Origin: Dehalococcoidia bacterium
GTDB taxonomy: Bacteria; Chloroflexota; Dehalococcoidia; UBA2979
Assembly: GCA_965204835.1 (NCBI GenBank)
Contig: OZ242017.1
Span: forward strand, 1,091,842-1,155,841
Direction: 5' to 3'
DNA length: 64,000 nucleotides
The translations under genes and the position numbers were made by a program. How positions within the stretch are numbered: the first letter of the stretch is position 1; every line of letters starts with the position of its first letter. This document shows, in pieces, positions 7,972 to 17,472 of this stretch. Below the pieces are notes generated by a model. The model was not told where the DNA came from, did no database searches, and was given only the letters and a program-made list of their open reading frames with translations.

Positions 7972-9450
7972 ATGAGAGTGCGCTATCTCGGCCCTGCAGC
8001 GGTAGTGATAGGCGGTGGGGCGGCGCTGGTCGCCGGGACCGGCGTGGCAGCCGCCGAGGATACGGTCGAGAGCCTGGCCGGGGCGATCGACGTCGCCTGG
8101 CTGCTCATCGCCGGCATCCTGGTGTTGTTCATGCAGGCCGGGTTCGGCCTGGTCGAGTCGGGGTTCATCCGCTCGAAGAACGTCACCAACATCCTCATGA
8201 AGAATGCGCTGGACCTCTCGTTCGGCGCGGTCGCCTACTGGGCGGTCGGTTTCGGCCTGGCCTATGGCACCACCGAGTTCATCGACATCAGGTTCTTCGG
8301 TGGCGGCAGCTTCTTCTACGGCGGCGAGGACGCCGACTACGCCACATTCTTCTTCCAGTTCGCGTTCGCGGCCACGGCGGCAACCATCGTCTCGGGCGCG
8401 GTCGCGGAGCGGACGAAGTTCGCCGCGTACCTGGTCTACACGGTGGTCATCACCGCGGTGATCTACCCGGTGGTCACCCACTGGGCGTGGGGCGACGGCT
8501 TCCTGAGCGCGTACGCCTCCGACATCGCGTTCGGCGACAACGGCATGATCGACTTCGCCGGCTCGACCGTCGTCCACTCGGTGGGCGGCTGGGCCGCGCT
8601 GGTGGGCGCCATCATGGTCGGCGCGCGCCGCGGCAAGTTCGGCGCCGACGGCAGCGTCAACGCGCTGCCGGGTCACTCGATGCCGCTGGGCTTCCTCGGC
8701 GTCATGATCCTGTGGATCGGCTGGTACGGCTTCAACGCCGGTTCGACGCTCGGGCTGAGCGGCGGCTTCGCCGACCTCGCGGCCCGCGTCGCGGTGACCA
8801 CGACGCTCGCGGCCGGCGCCAGCGCGGCGACGGCGATGTTCATCTCGCGGCTGCGCAGCGGCCACTCGGACCTCTCGCTGACGCTCAACGGCGTGCTGGG
8901 CGGCCTGGTCGGCATCACGGCCGGCTGCGCCACGGTGGAGCCGTGGGCGGCGGTCGTGATCGGCATCGTGGCCGGCATCATCATCGTGGCGGGCGTCGAG
9001 CTGCTCGACACCCTGAAGATCGACGACCCGGTGGGCGCGGTGCCGGTGCACCTGTTCAACGGGATCTGGGGCACGCTCGCGGTCGGCCTGTTCACGACCC
9101 AGGCGAACCTCGCACCGAACTACGCCGACTCGGCGAACTACGGCCTGCTCGTCGGCGGCGGCATCGAGCAGTTCCTGTACCAGGTCATCGGCGTGGTGGC
9201 CGTGGGTGTCTGGACCGTGGTGACGTCGGTCATCATGTTCGCCATCATCAAGGCCACGGTTGGCCTGCGCGTCTCCGAGTCCGAGGAGGAGAGCGGCCTG
9301 GACGTGGCGGAGCACGCCATGGAGGCGTACCCCGAGTTCACCGGTGGTCGCGACCCGTTCGGCCTGCACTTCGGCGCACCCGCGCTGCAGACCAGCGGTG
9401 GCGCGCCCATTGCAGGCGGCGCTCCCATGCCCGCGGACGACGAGGGGTAA
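7972..9450 (+). CDS. amtB: Ammonium transporter (Amt family)
   Basis: Amt signature regions are present (DVAWLLIAGILVLFMQAGFGLVESGFIRSKN ... GAVAERTKF ... multiple TM segments). The ATG at 7972 is preceded by GGAAAGGGGG. It is followed directly by glnK. Confidence 0.9.
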   Translation: MRVRYLGPAAVVIGGGAALVAGTGVAAAEDTVESLAGAIDVAWLLIAGILVLFMQAGFGLVESGFIRSKNVTNILMKNALDLSFGAVAYWAVGFGLAYGTTEFIDIRFFGGGSFFYGGEDADYATFFFQFAFAATAATIVSGAVAERTKFAAYLVYTVVITAVIYPVVTHWAWGDGFLSAYASDIAFGDNGMIDFAGSTVVHSVGGWAALVGAIMVGARRGKFGADGSVNALPGHSMPLGFLGVMILWIGWYGFNAGSTLGLSGGFADLAARVAVTTTLAAGASAATAMFISRLRSGHSDLSLTLNGVLGGLVGITAGCATVEPWAAVVIGIVAGIIIVAGVELLDTLKIDDPVGAVPVHLFNGIWGTLAVGLFTTQANLAPNYADSANYGLLVGGGIEQFLYQVIGVVAVGVWTVVTSVIMFAIIKATVGLRVSESEEESGLDVAEHAMEAYPEFTGGRDPFGLHFGAPALQTSGGAPIAGGAPMPADDEG

Positions 9451-9462
9451 GGGGGAGACAAG

Positions 9463-9801
9463 ATGCAAAAGGTTGAAGCGATCATCCGCCCCGAGAAGCT
9501 GGAAATCGTCAAGACCGCACTCGAGGAGCTCGACCACGCCGGTATGACGCTCACCGAGGTCCGCGGCCATGGCAAGCAGCGGGGCGTGACGGAGCAGTGG
9601 CGGGGCCGGAGCTTCGCGGTCGAGTACCTCACGAAGGTCAAGATCGAGCTCGTGGTCAACGACGAAGATGTCGACCCCATCATCGAGCGCATCGTCGACG
9701 CGGCGCGCACGGGCGAGGTAGGCGACGGCAAGATCTTCGTCACCCCGGTCAGCGGCGCGGTCCGCATCCGCACCGGCGAGAGCGACGAAGCGGCCCTGTA
9801 G
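9463..9801 (+). CDS. glnK: Nitrogen regulatory protein P-II
   Basis: 112-aa protein (MQKVEAIIRPEKLEIVKTALEEL...TEVRGHGKQRG...GDGKIFVTPV) with the canonical P-II fold signature. It lies immediately downstream of amtB. Confidence 0.9.
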   Translation: MQKVEAIIRPEKLEIVKTALEELDHAGMTLTEVRGHGKQRGVTEQWRGRSFAVEYLTKVKIELVVNDEDVDPIIERIVDAARTGEVGDGKIFVTPVSGAVRIRTGESDEAAL

Positions 9802-9934
9802 CCGCGGAGGACCGAGAGCCGAGCGCCATGACCGCGTCCCCGAGCGTGTGCGACTGGATTCCAGGAGCCACGCCCGGGGCGCGGGCATCGGCCCCGGCTC
9901 CCGGCCTCGAAGTGCATACGGCGGGAGTTTCCCG

Positions 9935-10267
9935 GTGAACGCACAGACCACCCCCGAGGTGCTGCCCGCGCGGCGCATTGCCGTGGGTGACCTCGTCATC
10001 GACCGCGAGCGCTACCTCGTCACCATCGGGGAGCGCACCGCCGAGCTGACCTACATGGAGTTCGAGGCGCTCTACCTCATCGCTTCCGAGGACGGGCGTG
10101 TCGCCTCGTACGAGACGCTCGCCGAGGCGCTGTGGGAGGACGCGGACAGCGGGCATCGCAGGCGCCTCGCCGTGCTGGTCTCGCGCATCCGCTCCAAGCT
10201 CGGGCACGGCGCGGACTACCTCCAGACCGTGCGCCAGGTCGGATACCGGCTGCTCGCGCACGAGTAG
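9935..10267 (+). CDS. Stand-alone OmpR/PhoB-type winged-helix DNA-binding protein (trans_reg_C domain only, no receiver domain)
   Basis: The domain pattern is (IAVGDLVIDRERYLVTIGERTAELTYMEFEALYLIAS...VLVSRIRSKLG...VRQVGYRL). The GTG start at 9935 leaves only about 110 aa and there is no receiver domain upstream in frame. It sits where glnD or glnR-associated genes often follow amtB-glnK. Confidence 0.6.
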   Translation: MNAQTTPEVLPARRIAVGDLVIDRERYLVTIGERTAELTYMEFEALYLIASEDGRVASYETLAEALWEDADSGHRRRLAVLVSRIRSKLGHGADYLQTVRQVGYRLLAHE

Positions 10268-10352
10268 GGGCCACTGGCCCGCCAGGGCGCTACGATGGCC
10301 CGAGCCGGCGCACCTCGCCGGCTCGTTCGCATTGCGAGGGCATCGAGGGGCC

Positions 10353-11513
10353 ATGGCCACGCGGGACCTCCACCAGGTCGCCATCGTCGGCGCGTACAAC
10401 ACCCTGCAGGCCCGGCGCCTGCCGGACGAGACATCGTTCTCGATCACCCTCGACGCCGTGCGCGGGGCCCTCGCGGACGCGGGCATCGAGGCCCGTGACG
10501 TCAACGGCCTGAACATCACGACCGGCACGGGGGCGGGCTCGCAAAACCAGCGGGACTGGGTGCACCAGTTCGGCGGCCGGCCGATGTGGATGGGCACGCA
10601 GTCGACGGGCATCCCCGCCGTGCTCGAAGCCGCCTCGGCGATCGCCGCCGGCTACTGCCACACGGTCGTGCTGGCCAACGGCCAGGCCGGCGCGTACACG
10701 GAGCGCGCCTCGACAGCCCCGTGGACGCGCCCGAGCAACGAGTTCGTCGAGTGCTGGGGGCTGTACACGGCGGCCGAGTTCGCGCTGATCGCGCAGCGCC
10801 ACATGCACCTCTACGGCACGAAGCCCGAGCACCTCGCCGAGGTGGCCTCGGCCGTGCGCACGCATGGCGGGATGAACCCCGAGGCCGTCTACTCGGACCG
10901 CGTGATCACGCCCGAGGACGTGCTCAACTCCCCGATGATCGCCGACCCGTTCCGCCTGCTCGACTGCGCGATGACCGGCGAGGGCGGCGCGGGGCTCGTG
11001 CTCACGTCGGTCGAGCGTGCCCGCGACCTCGACGTTCAGCCGGTCTACGTGCTCGGCGGCGGGCTCGACCGTCGAGGCCCCTCGTACGTCATGGCGCCGC
11101 TGTGGGACGTGGCGGGCGATGTCGGGCGGTTCGCGGCCGAGCAGGCCTTCGCGGCGTGCGGGCTGGGCCCCTCCGATGTCGACGTGTGCGAGTTCTACGA
11201 CCCGTTCTCGTTCGAGGTCATCCGCCAGTTCGAGGCGTACGGCTTCTGCGGGGAAGGCGAGGGCGGCCCGTTCGTCATGGACGGCCGCGTCCGCGGCGGC
11301 GGCGAGTACCCGATCTGCACCGACGGCGGCACCATGTCGTTCAGCCACCCCGGCACCGCGCAGCTGCTCCAGAAGGTCATCGCCGGCACGAAGCAGCTCC
11401 GCGGCACGGAGGGGCCCCGGCAGGTCGAGGGCGCTCAGGTGGCGATGGTGAGCAACGGCGGCGCGGGGGCGCTCTTCACGGACGTCGTGCTGCTCGGCAA
11501 CGAGCAGCCGTGA
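10353..11513 (+). CDS. Thiolase-like protein (SCP-x / nonspecific lipid-transfer thiolase family)
   Basis: ATG at 10353 ([17 protein letters not shown]...). The protein has a thiolase fold with the C-terminal CxDGG-like motif ([18 protein letters not shown]). Confidence 0.7.
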   Translation: MATRDLHQVAIVGAYNTLQARRLPDETSFSITLDAVRGALADAGIEARDVNGLNITTGTGAGSQNQRDWVHQFGGRPMWMGTQSTGIPAVLEAASAIAAGYCHTVVLANGQAGAYTERASTAPWTRPSNEFVECWGLYTAAEFALIAQRHMHLYGTKPEHLAEVASAVRTHGGMNPEAVYSDRVITPEDVLNSPMIADPFRLLDCAMTGEGGAGLVLTSVERARDLDVQPVYVLGGGLDRRGPSYVMAPLWDVAGDVGRFAAEQAFAACGLGPSDVDVCEFYDPFSFEVIRQFEAYGFCGEGEGGPFVMDGRVRGGGEYPICTDGGTMSFSHPGTAQLLQKVIAGTKQLRGTEGPRQVEGAQVAMVSNGGAGALFTDVVLLGNEQP

Positions 11514-11553
11514 GCGCGTGCGCTATGATCGAGCGAGCGGAGGAGACCCACGC

Positions 11554-12447
11554 ATGACCGACCAGACCCTGCCCGTACGCGATATCCGCCAGGCCGTGAC
11601 CGAGCGCTACGGCGCGCGCGCCCGTGCCGCGCTCGGCGAGCACGCCGCCTCGACCGCCGAGGCGTGCTGCGCAGCTGACGCCGACGGCCCCCAGCCGATG
11701 GCGCTGCAGCTGCTGCAGTTGGGCGCGCCCGAGGGGCAGGCGTGCAGCGTCGACGGCGCCTGCGGACCCGTGGACGCGCAGATCGACGCGTCCGGGGACG
11801 CCACCGGGGACGACGGGGTGTGGGGCTCCGCGCTGTACGACTCGACGCAGCTCAGCGACGTGCCGGACGCGGCGCAGCTCGCCGCGGCCGGATGCGGCAA
11901 CCCGATCGCGATCGCCGAGCTGAGCCCCGGCGAGGCCGTGCTCGACCTCGGCTCCGGCGGCGGCATCGACTGCTTCCTCGCCGCGAAGCAGGTCGGCGAC
12001 GAGGGCGAGGTGTGGGGCCTCGACATGACCCCGGACATGGTCCAGCTCGCGCGCCACAACGCCGACACCGTCGGCGCGTCGAACGTGCGGTTCCGCCTCG
12101 GCGAGATCGAGGACATCCCGTTCGCCGACGGCACGTTCGACGTGATCATCTCGAACTGCGTGATCAACCTCTCGACCGACAAGCCGCACGTCTTCCGCGA
12201 GGCGTTCCGCGTGCTCAAGCCCGGCGGCCGCCTGCGCGTCTCCGACATGGTGCTCACCGCCGACCTCCCCGCCGCGGAGCGCGCCGACCTCGAGGCGTGG
12301 GCGGGCTGCGTCGCCGGCGCGCTGCCGGTCGCCGAGTACCTCGGCCACATCGAGGCAGCCGGGTTCGCCGACCCGCACGCCGAGTGCGCCGAGGAGATCC
12401 GTCCCGGCATCACCAGCGCCAACGTGACCGCGGTGCGCCCGGCGTAG
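11554..12447 (+). CDS. SAM-dependent methyltransferase, arsenite methyltransferase (ArsM)-like
   Basis: Motifs typical of ArsM/Methyltransf_31 are present: CC pair near the N-terminus, [31 protein letters not shown] and PGGRL. Confidence 0.6.
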   Translation: MTDQTLPVRDIRQAVTERYGARARAALGEHAASTAEACCAADADGPQPMALQLLQLGAPEGQACSVDGACGPVDAQIDASGDATGDDGVWGSALYDSTQLSDVPDAAQLAAAGCGNPIAIAELSPGEAVLDLGSGGGIDCFLAAKQVGDEGEVWGLDMTPDMVQLARHNADTVGASNVRFRLGEIEDIPFADGTFDVIISNCVINLSTDKPHVFREAFRVLKPGGRLRVSDMVLTADLPAAERADLEAWAGCVAGALPVAEYLGHIEAAGFADPHAECAEEIRPGITSANVTAVRPA

Positions 12448-12473
12448 CCGCGCCCGACTGCGAGGTCTGCCCC

Positions 12474-12683
12474 ATGTGCCGCAGCATCAAGGTCCTGCGC
12501 CAGGGCTCCGTGCCCGCCACCGACGAGGAGATCGAGGAAGCCGCGCTGCAGTTCGTGCGCAAGGTGAGCGGGTTCCGCAGCCCCTCGCGCGCGAACGCGG
12601 AGGTCTTCGACGCCGCCGTCGAGGAGGTCGCCGCCTCGACCCGGCAACTCCTCGCATCGCTCCGCATCGGCGCACGGGCGTAA
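12474..12683 (+). CDS. Small conserved hypothetical protein (DUF2277-like)
   Basis: 69 aa (MCRSIKVLRQGSVPATDEEIEEAALQFVRKVSGF...). It resembles short actinobacterial DUF2277 proteins. The ORF track hid it inside a longer alternative-frame ORF. Confidence 0.5.
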   Translation: MCRSIKVLRQGSVPATDEEIEEAALQFVRKVSGFRSPSRANAEVFDAAVEEVAASTRQLLASLRIGARA

Positions 12684-12785
12684 CCCCGCGGGCGCCGCGC
12701 GGGCGGCCTTCCGCGGCTCGCTCCACGTTCGTAGTCCAGACGCGGTACGCTGGATCGGCCCGTTCCCACCGCCACGGGAGTCCCG

Positions 12786-14450
12786 ATGCCACGACCGTAC
12801 CTGTCCACACCTCGATCGATCGCGCGCGCCGTCCTCGTCACGCTGGTGGTGCTGGCCGTGCTGGCGGCCGCCTGCACCTCCGGGGATGCCGGCCCCCAGG
12901 CGACTCCCACGGCTGAGCCTGCCGCGCAGACCACGCCCGCCACGTCCGGCGGGGACGCCGACGCGACCGCAACGGGCACCGCTACGCCGACGCCGTTGCC
13001 GACCCCCACGCCGCGCCCCCTGCCGACGCGGACGCCGCACCCGCTGCCCGACGCGTCCTCGGCACCCATCGGGGACGACGAGGCGGCCGAGTTGATGAAC
13101 ACGCTCTCGAACCCCGATGCGACCGAGGACGCGTTGCGCCTCGCCCTCGCGCGCATCGTCCACTCCGACGACGAGCGGTTCGCGGCCGTGCTCATCGAGC
13201 TGATGTGGGCGCGCGACACACGCATCCTGCCGCGCGGCCTCGACTACCTCGAGTACTTCGACGCGCTGGAGGCGATCACGGAGGCGGGCGTCGGTCCGAA
13301 CCGCCACTACTGGGTGCAGTGGTACGGCGCCTCGGACCTGGAGCCGCCGCCGGGCTTCACAGGCTGGAAGGGCCGGCTCCTCTCGGTCATCGACGAGCAG
13401 TTCGGCGAGTTCCTGTCCGACGAGCACGCCTCGGCGATCCGCGTCGAGGAGATCCTGTGGGGTGGCGTGCTGGTCGACTCGATCCCGCCGCTGGAGTTCC
13501 CGAACATGCTCGACCCGGAGGACGTGACATACCTCGAGCCCGATGAGGCGGTGTTCGGCATCGCCCTCAACGGCGAGGCGCACGCCTACCCGCTGCGCAT
13601 CCTCGACTGGCACGAGATGGCGAACATCGAGGTCGGCGGCGTGCCGATCTCGCTCGCGTACTGCACCCTCTGCGGCGCCGCTATCGCCTACGACGACCGG
13701 GGACCCGACGGCGTCACGTACAACTTCGGCACCTCGGGCTTCCTCTACCGCAGCAACAAGCTCATGTACGACCGCAACACGCGCACGCTGTGGAACCAGT
13801 TCACCGGCGAGCCCGTGCTCGGCCCGCTCGTCGGCAAGCTCGACCTCGAGGGCGAGCCGCTGCGGCTCGACCTGCTCCCGGTCGTGCTCTCGACGTACGA
13901 GGACTGGGTCGAGCGGCACCCGAACACGGTGGTGCTCGACATCAACACGGGGTTCCTGCGTCCGTACGAGCAGGGCGCCGCCTACGGCCACTACTTCTCG
14001 GTCGGCGAGACGATGTTCCCCGTCTGGCTGCGCAACGACGAGCTCTACCTGAAGGAGTACGTCTACGGCCTGCGCGCCGGCGGCGCGCGCAAGGCGTACC
14101 CCATCGACGTGCTCGCCGAGGAGCGCGTGGTCAACGACGTGTTCAACGACCGCCCGATCGTGCTCGTCACCGAACAGGCGATCGACACGCTCGGCTACGG
14201 CCGGGGGGTCGGGCCGGTGCTGTACCCCTCGGGCGGCGAGGTGCGCGCCTTCGACCGCGGGGAGCGGCGGTTCTACCCGGGCCCCGAGGACGGCACGGTC
14301 GTCGACGCGACCGGCGCGGAGTGGGAGGTGACCGAGGACGCCCTGGTCGGCCCCAACGGCGAGCGCCTCGCGCGCATCAGCGGCCATCTCGCGTTCTGGT
14401 TCGGGTGGTACGCGTTCTTCCCCGAGACCGAGATCTACCGCGGGGGATAG
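12786..14450 (+). CDS. DUF3179-like secreted lipoprotein
   Basis: Signal peptide plus lipobox (LAVLAAAC) and a Pro/Thr linker. The conserved core (ILDWHEMANIEVGGVPISLAYCTLCGAA...GTSGFLYRSNKLMYDRNTRTLWNQ) is reminiscent of DUF3179 proteins. Confidence 0.5.
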   Translation: MPRPYLSTPRSIARAVLVTLVVLAVLAAACTSGDAGPQATPTAEPAAQTTPATSGGDADATATGTATPTPLPTPTPRPLPTRTPHPLPDASSAPIGDDEAAELMNTLSNPDATEDALRLALARIVHSDDERFAAVLIELMWARDTRILPRGLDYLEYFDALEAITEAGVGPNRHYWVQWYGASDLEPPPGFTGWKGRLLSVIDEQFGEFLSDEHASAIRVEEILWGGVLVDSIPPLEFPNMLDPEDVTYLEPDEAVFGIALNGEAHAYPLRILDWHEMANIEVGGVPISLAYCTLCGAAIAYDDRGPDGVTYNFGTSGFLYRSNKLMYDRNTRTLWNQFTGEPVLGPLVGKLDLEGEPLRLDLLPVVLSTYEDWVERHPNTVVLDINTGFLRPYEQGAAYGHYFSVGETMFPVWLRNDELYLKEYVYGLRAGGARKAYPIDVLAEERVVNDVFNDRPIVLVTEQAIDTLGYGRGVGPVLYPSGGEVRAFDRGERRFYPGPEDGTVVDATGAEWEVTEDALVGPNGERLARISGHLAFWFGWYAFFPETEIYRGG

Positions 14451-14576
14451 CGCGAACAGCGCGCCTCGGCGACGATGGCGCACGCTCGCCGGAGACACGC
14501 GCACGCCCGCGAGCGCCGGGGCGGGGCGAGGGCAGGCGAGCGGTGTGGACCGACCGCACGAGGAGGCACGCAGCAC

Positions 14577-14951
14577 ATGGAAGTCGTACGCGCAGCCGAG
14601 GGTGACACCGTCGAGAGCAGCGCCGCCGAGATCTTCGAGGGCGGGCACGTCTGGGCACGTCGCATCGCCGGTGGGGACACCGGCCGGGGCGACCAGATGT
14701 CGTTCGGCATCGTCCAGTTCGCGGCGGGCGCCCGCACCCGGCTGCACCGGCACACGTCAGACCAGCTGCTCTACGTCGTGGCCGGCATCGGCAAGGTCGG
14801 CGCGGGCGGCGAGGAGCACGTGATCAGCGCGGGCGACTTCATCCACATCCCCGCCGGCGAGGACCACTGGCACGGCGCCGGTGACACCGGCTCGCCGATG
14901 TCCCACATCACCATCATGCTCGACGACTCCGTGTCGACGGTCACGGGGTAA
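14577..14951 (+). CDS. Cupin domain protein
   Basis: Two cupin motifs are present (G...HRHTSDQLLYVVAGIG ... GDFIHIPAGEDHWHG). The ATG at 14577 is preceded by GAGGAGG. Confidence 0.75.
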   Translation: MEVVRAAEGDTVESSAAEIFEGGHVWARRIAGGDTGRGDQMSFGIVQFAAGARTRLHRHTSDQLLYVVAGIGKVGAGGEEHVISAGDFIHIPAGEDHWHGAGDTGSPMSHITIMLDDSVSTVTG

Positions 14952-14974
14952 CGATCCGGGAGTCCGATTAAGCC

Positions 14975-15250
14975 ATGCCGACAACACGTCTCAACGTCCA
15001 CGTCACCCCTCGCGCGACCCACGAAGAAGTCGTGGGCTATGAGGAGGGGACGCTGCGCGTGCGGATCACGGCCCCGCCGGTCCGCGACCGCGCCAACCGC
15101 TCGCTCGAGCGGTTCCTCGCCAGGCGCCTCGACCTCCGCCCGTCGGCGGTCAGCGTCGTCTCCGGCCACGCCTCGCGGCAGAAGGTCGTGGAGTTCGAGG
15201 GGCTGGAGGAGGCGGAGGTGCTCGACCGCCTCGGGGCCGGCGGGAGCTAG
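14975..15250 (+). CDS. DUF167 (YggU/UPF0235) family protein
   Basis: 91 aa. The pattern LNVHVTPRATHEEVVGYEEGTLRVRITAPPVRDRANR...LA is typical of YggU. It is convergent with yggT, sharing a 4-nt stop overlap. Confidence 0.75.
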   Translation: MPTTRLNVHVTPRATHEEVVGYEEGTLRVRITAPPVRDRANRSLERFLARRLDLRPSAVSVVSGHASRQKVVEFEGLEEAEVLDRLGAGGS

Positions 15251-15513
15251 TACAGGCCGCCGCCGACGGTGAACCGCAGCACCAGCCACGTCACGAAGAG
15301 CAGCACCATCGCAACGAGCGGCGCGATGTCCCTCCCCGCGACGGGGGGCACCACGAGCCGCAGCGGCCCCGCGAGCGGCTCGACGAACGTGTCGAGCGCG
15401 CGCGCAACGAAGTGGTCGGGCCTGACCTCGAACCAGGTGAGCAGGCGCCGCGCGGCGATCGCCATCAGGTAGATCTCGACGACGCGAATCACGACGAAGA
15501 CGACGAAGTCCAA
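15247..15513 (-). CDS. YggT family membrane protein (copy 1)
   Basis: 88-aa two-TM protein with the YGGT pattern (ARALDTFVEPLAGPLRLVVPPVAGRDIAPLVAMVLL). Confidence 0.75.
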   Translation of the reverse strand: MDFVVFVVIRVVEIYLMAIAARRLLTWFEVRPDHFVARALDTFVEPLAGPLRLVVPPVAGRDIAPLVAMVLLFVTWLVLRFTVGGGLY

Positions 15514-15578
15514 ACCGGGCTCCCTCGACGTGCTCGATCAGTGGGCTGACGGCGGGCTGCGGCCTACGGTGGAGCTTG

Positions 15579-15842
15579 CTAGACCCCCGACGCGAGGCTG
15601 GAGCGCAGCGCCGCCGAGATCACGAAGATGAGGATGATCGCCACCATCGGCGTGATGTCGATCATGCCCACGCGCGGCACGACGCGCCGCAGCGGCTCCA
15701 GGATCGGCTCCGTGATCGCGTCGAGCGCACGCACGACGGGGCCGCTGGGGTCGATCGGGAACCAGCTGATGATCGCGCGGGCGAAGATGGCGAACCACAG
15801 GATCTGCAGGAACAGCAGGATGATCTCGACGAGCAGCGTCAT
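15579..15842 (-). CDS. YggT family membrane protein (copy 2)
   Basis: 87 aa (MTLLVEIILLFLQILWFAIFARAIISWFPIDPSGPVVRALDAITEPILEPLRRVVPRVGMIDITPMVAIILIF). It was hidden in the ORF track at the end of a 298-aa antisense-looking ORF. The start is ATG 15842, overlapping the proC stop. Confidence 0.75.
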   Translation of the reverse strand: MTLLVEIILLFLQILWFAIFARAIISWFPIDPSGPVVRALDAITEPILEPLRRVVPRVGMIDITPMVAIILIFVISAALRSSLASGV

Positions 15843-16645
15843 TCCAGCTCCCTCAGGTCCTGCGCCCGCCCGTAGGCCGCCTCGATCGCATCGTCGAAGG
15901 CGGACCGCAGGCCTGCTGCTTCCAGTTCGCCGAGCGCCGCGGCCGTGGTCCCACCGGGCGAGGTCACGGCGTTGCGCAGCGCCGCCGGGTGCTGCCCGGT
16001 CTCGATAGCGTAGCGCGCCGACCCTGCTACCGTCGCCAGCACCAGGTCCGTCGCCTCGGGGCGCTTCATCCCCAGCCGCACCGCCGAGTCGATCATCGAC
16101 TCGATCACGAGGTACACGTACGCCGGGCCCGAGCCGTGCAGGGCCGTCGCGAGGTCGACCGCGTCGTCGTCGTGTACCTCGACGACCGCGCCCGCGACGC
16201 CGCCGAGGAGCCGCTCGACGCGTTCGCGCTGGTCGGCCGTGACGGCCTCGCCGAGCAGGTAGGCGGCGGCGCCCTCGCCGATGGCGGCGGGCAGGTTCGG
16301 CATCACCCGCACCGAGGCGCGGTGGCCGCTGTGCTGCTGGATGTCGGCCAGCGCCACGCCCGCGGCGATCGAGACGAGCACGGCGTCGGAGCCGAGCGCG
16401 CCGGCGATGCTCGCCGCCACGTCCGGCACGTCGTCGGGCTTCACGGCGAGCAGCACGAGGTCCGCGCCGATGCACGCGCTCTGCGGGTCGTCGGTCACGC
16501 GCACGCCGTGCTCGCCCAGCTCGGTGCGGCGGGCCTCGACGACCTCGGCGACGGCGACCTCGGCCGGCGAGGCGACCTCGGCGCCGAGGATGCCGCGCAG
16601 GAACGCCTCGCCCATGAAGCCGCCGCCGATGATGCCAATGCGCAT
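15839..16645 (-). CDS. proC: Pyrroline-5-carboxylate reductase
   Basis: Rossmann N-terminus (MRIGIIGGGFMGEAF) and the ProC C-terminal signature (VTSPGGTTAAAL). Confidence 0.9.
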   Translation of the reverse strand: MRIGIIGGGFMGEAFLRGILGAEVASPAEVAVAEVVEARRTELGEHGVRVTDDPQSACIGADLVLLAVKPDDVPDVAASIAGALGSDAVLVSIAAGVALADIQQHSGHRASVRVMPNLPAAIGEGAAAYLLGEAVTADQRERVERLLGGVAGAVVEVHDDDAVDLATALHGSGPAYVYLVIESMIDSAVRLGMKRPEATDLVLATVAGSARYAIETGQHPAALRNAVTSPGGTTAAALGELEAAGLRSAFDDAIEAAYGRAQDLRELE

Positions 16646-16679
16646 CGCAGTCCCCTCGCTGTGCGTTTGCTGTGCTGGC

Positions 16680-17384
16680 CTAGGTGCGGCGCGGGCCGAA
16701 GATGACCCGTCCGAGCCGCACCACCGTCGCGCCCTCCTCGATGGCGACCTCGTAGTCCTCGGTCATGCCCATCGAGAGCTCGGCGAGGCCGTGCGCCTCG
16801 GCCAGCTCGCGCAGCTCGCGGAAGACGGGCCGCACCTGCTCCGGGTCGTCCACCTGCGGCGCGACGGTCATCAGGCCCGCCACCTCGACGTGCTGCAGGC
16901 CGGCGACGCCGCGCAGCAGCTCGCCGACCTCGGCGGGCTGGACGCCCTGCTTGGACGCCTCGCCGCCGACGTTGACCTCGAGGTAGCAGGGGAGCGCCAC
17001 GTCCGGGTCGGGTGCGCGGCCCTGTTCGGCGCGCTTCTCGATCTCGCCGGCGAGGCGCACGGAGTCGAGGGAGTGCAGGACGGCGATGTGCGGCAGGACC
17101 TGTCGCACCTTGTTGCGCTGCAGGCCCCCGATGAAGTGCCAGCGCGGCTCGAGGCCCATCTCCGCGGCCTGCTCGGCCTTCGGCACGAGCTCCTGCGCGC
17201 GGTTCTCGCCGAGGTCGAGCTGGCCTGCGGCGAGCGCCTCCTCGACGGCCTCGACGGGGTGCGTCTTGGTGACGCCGACGATGGTGACGTCAGCGGGGTC
17301 GCGCCCGGCGCGCTCGCAGGCCGCGGTGATGCGCTCGCGGACGGCGTCGAGCCGAGTGGCGATGGTTGCTGTCGTGGTAGTCAT
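16680..17384 (-). CDS. yggS: YggS/PLPHP family pyridoxal-phosphate homeostasis protein
   Basis: TIVGVTKTHPVEAVEEALAAGQLDLGENRAQE, an alanine-racemase N-domain-like TIM barrel of about 234 aa. Confidence 0.85.
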   Translation of the reverse strand: MTTTTATIATRLDAVRERITAACERAGRDPADVTIVGVTKTHPVEAVEEALAAGQLDLGENRAQELVPKAEQAAEMGLEPRWHFIGGLQRNKVRQVLPHIAVLHSLDSVRLAGEIEKRAEQGRAPDPDVALPCYLEVNVGGEASKQGVQPAEVGELLRGVAGLQHVEVAGLMTVAPQVDDPEQVRPVFRELRELAEAHGLAELSMGMTEDYEVAIEEGATVVRLGRVIFGPRRT

Positions 17385-17472
17385 GCTTCAAGGCTACGCC
17401 CCCCGCATGGCCGCCGCCAGACGCACCGCCGAAACCGAACCCGTCACGCGAGTGAACGGGACTTCCGGCCCG

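Noticed and set aside
10586-11557. 323-aa alternative-frame ORF overlapping the thiolase gene, plus the similar 11742-12683 ORF overlapping the methyltransferase.
   Set aside because: Arg-rich nonsense translation. The overlapping frames carry clear thiolase and methyltransferase homology. Only the last 69 codons of 11742-12683 (12474-12683) are kept, as the DUF2277-like gene.
15579-16475. 298-aa ORF reported as a single gene.
   Set aside because: Only the C-terminal 87 aa (YggT paralog, from ATG 15842) is genuine. The rest is antisense to proC and is Arg/Gly-rich.
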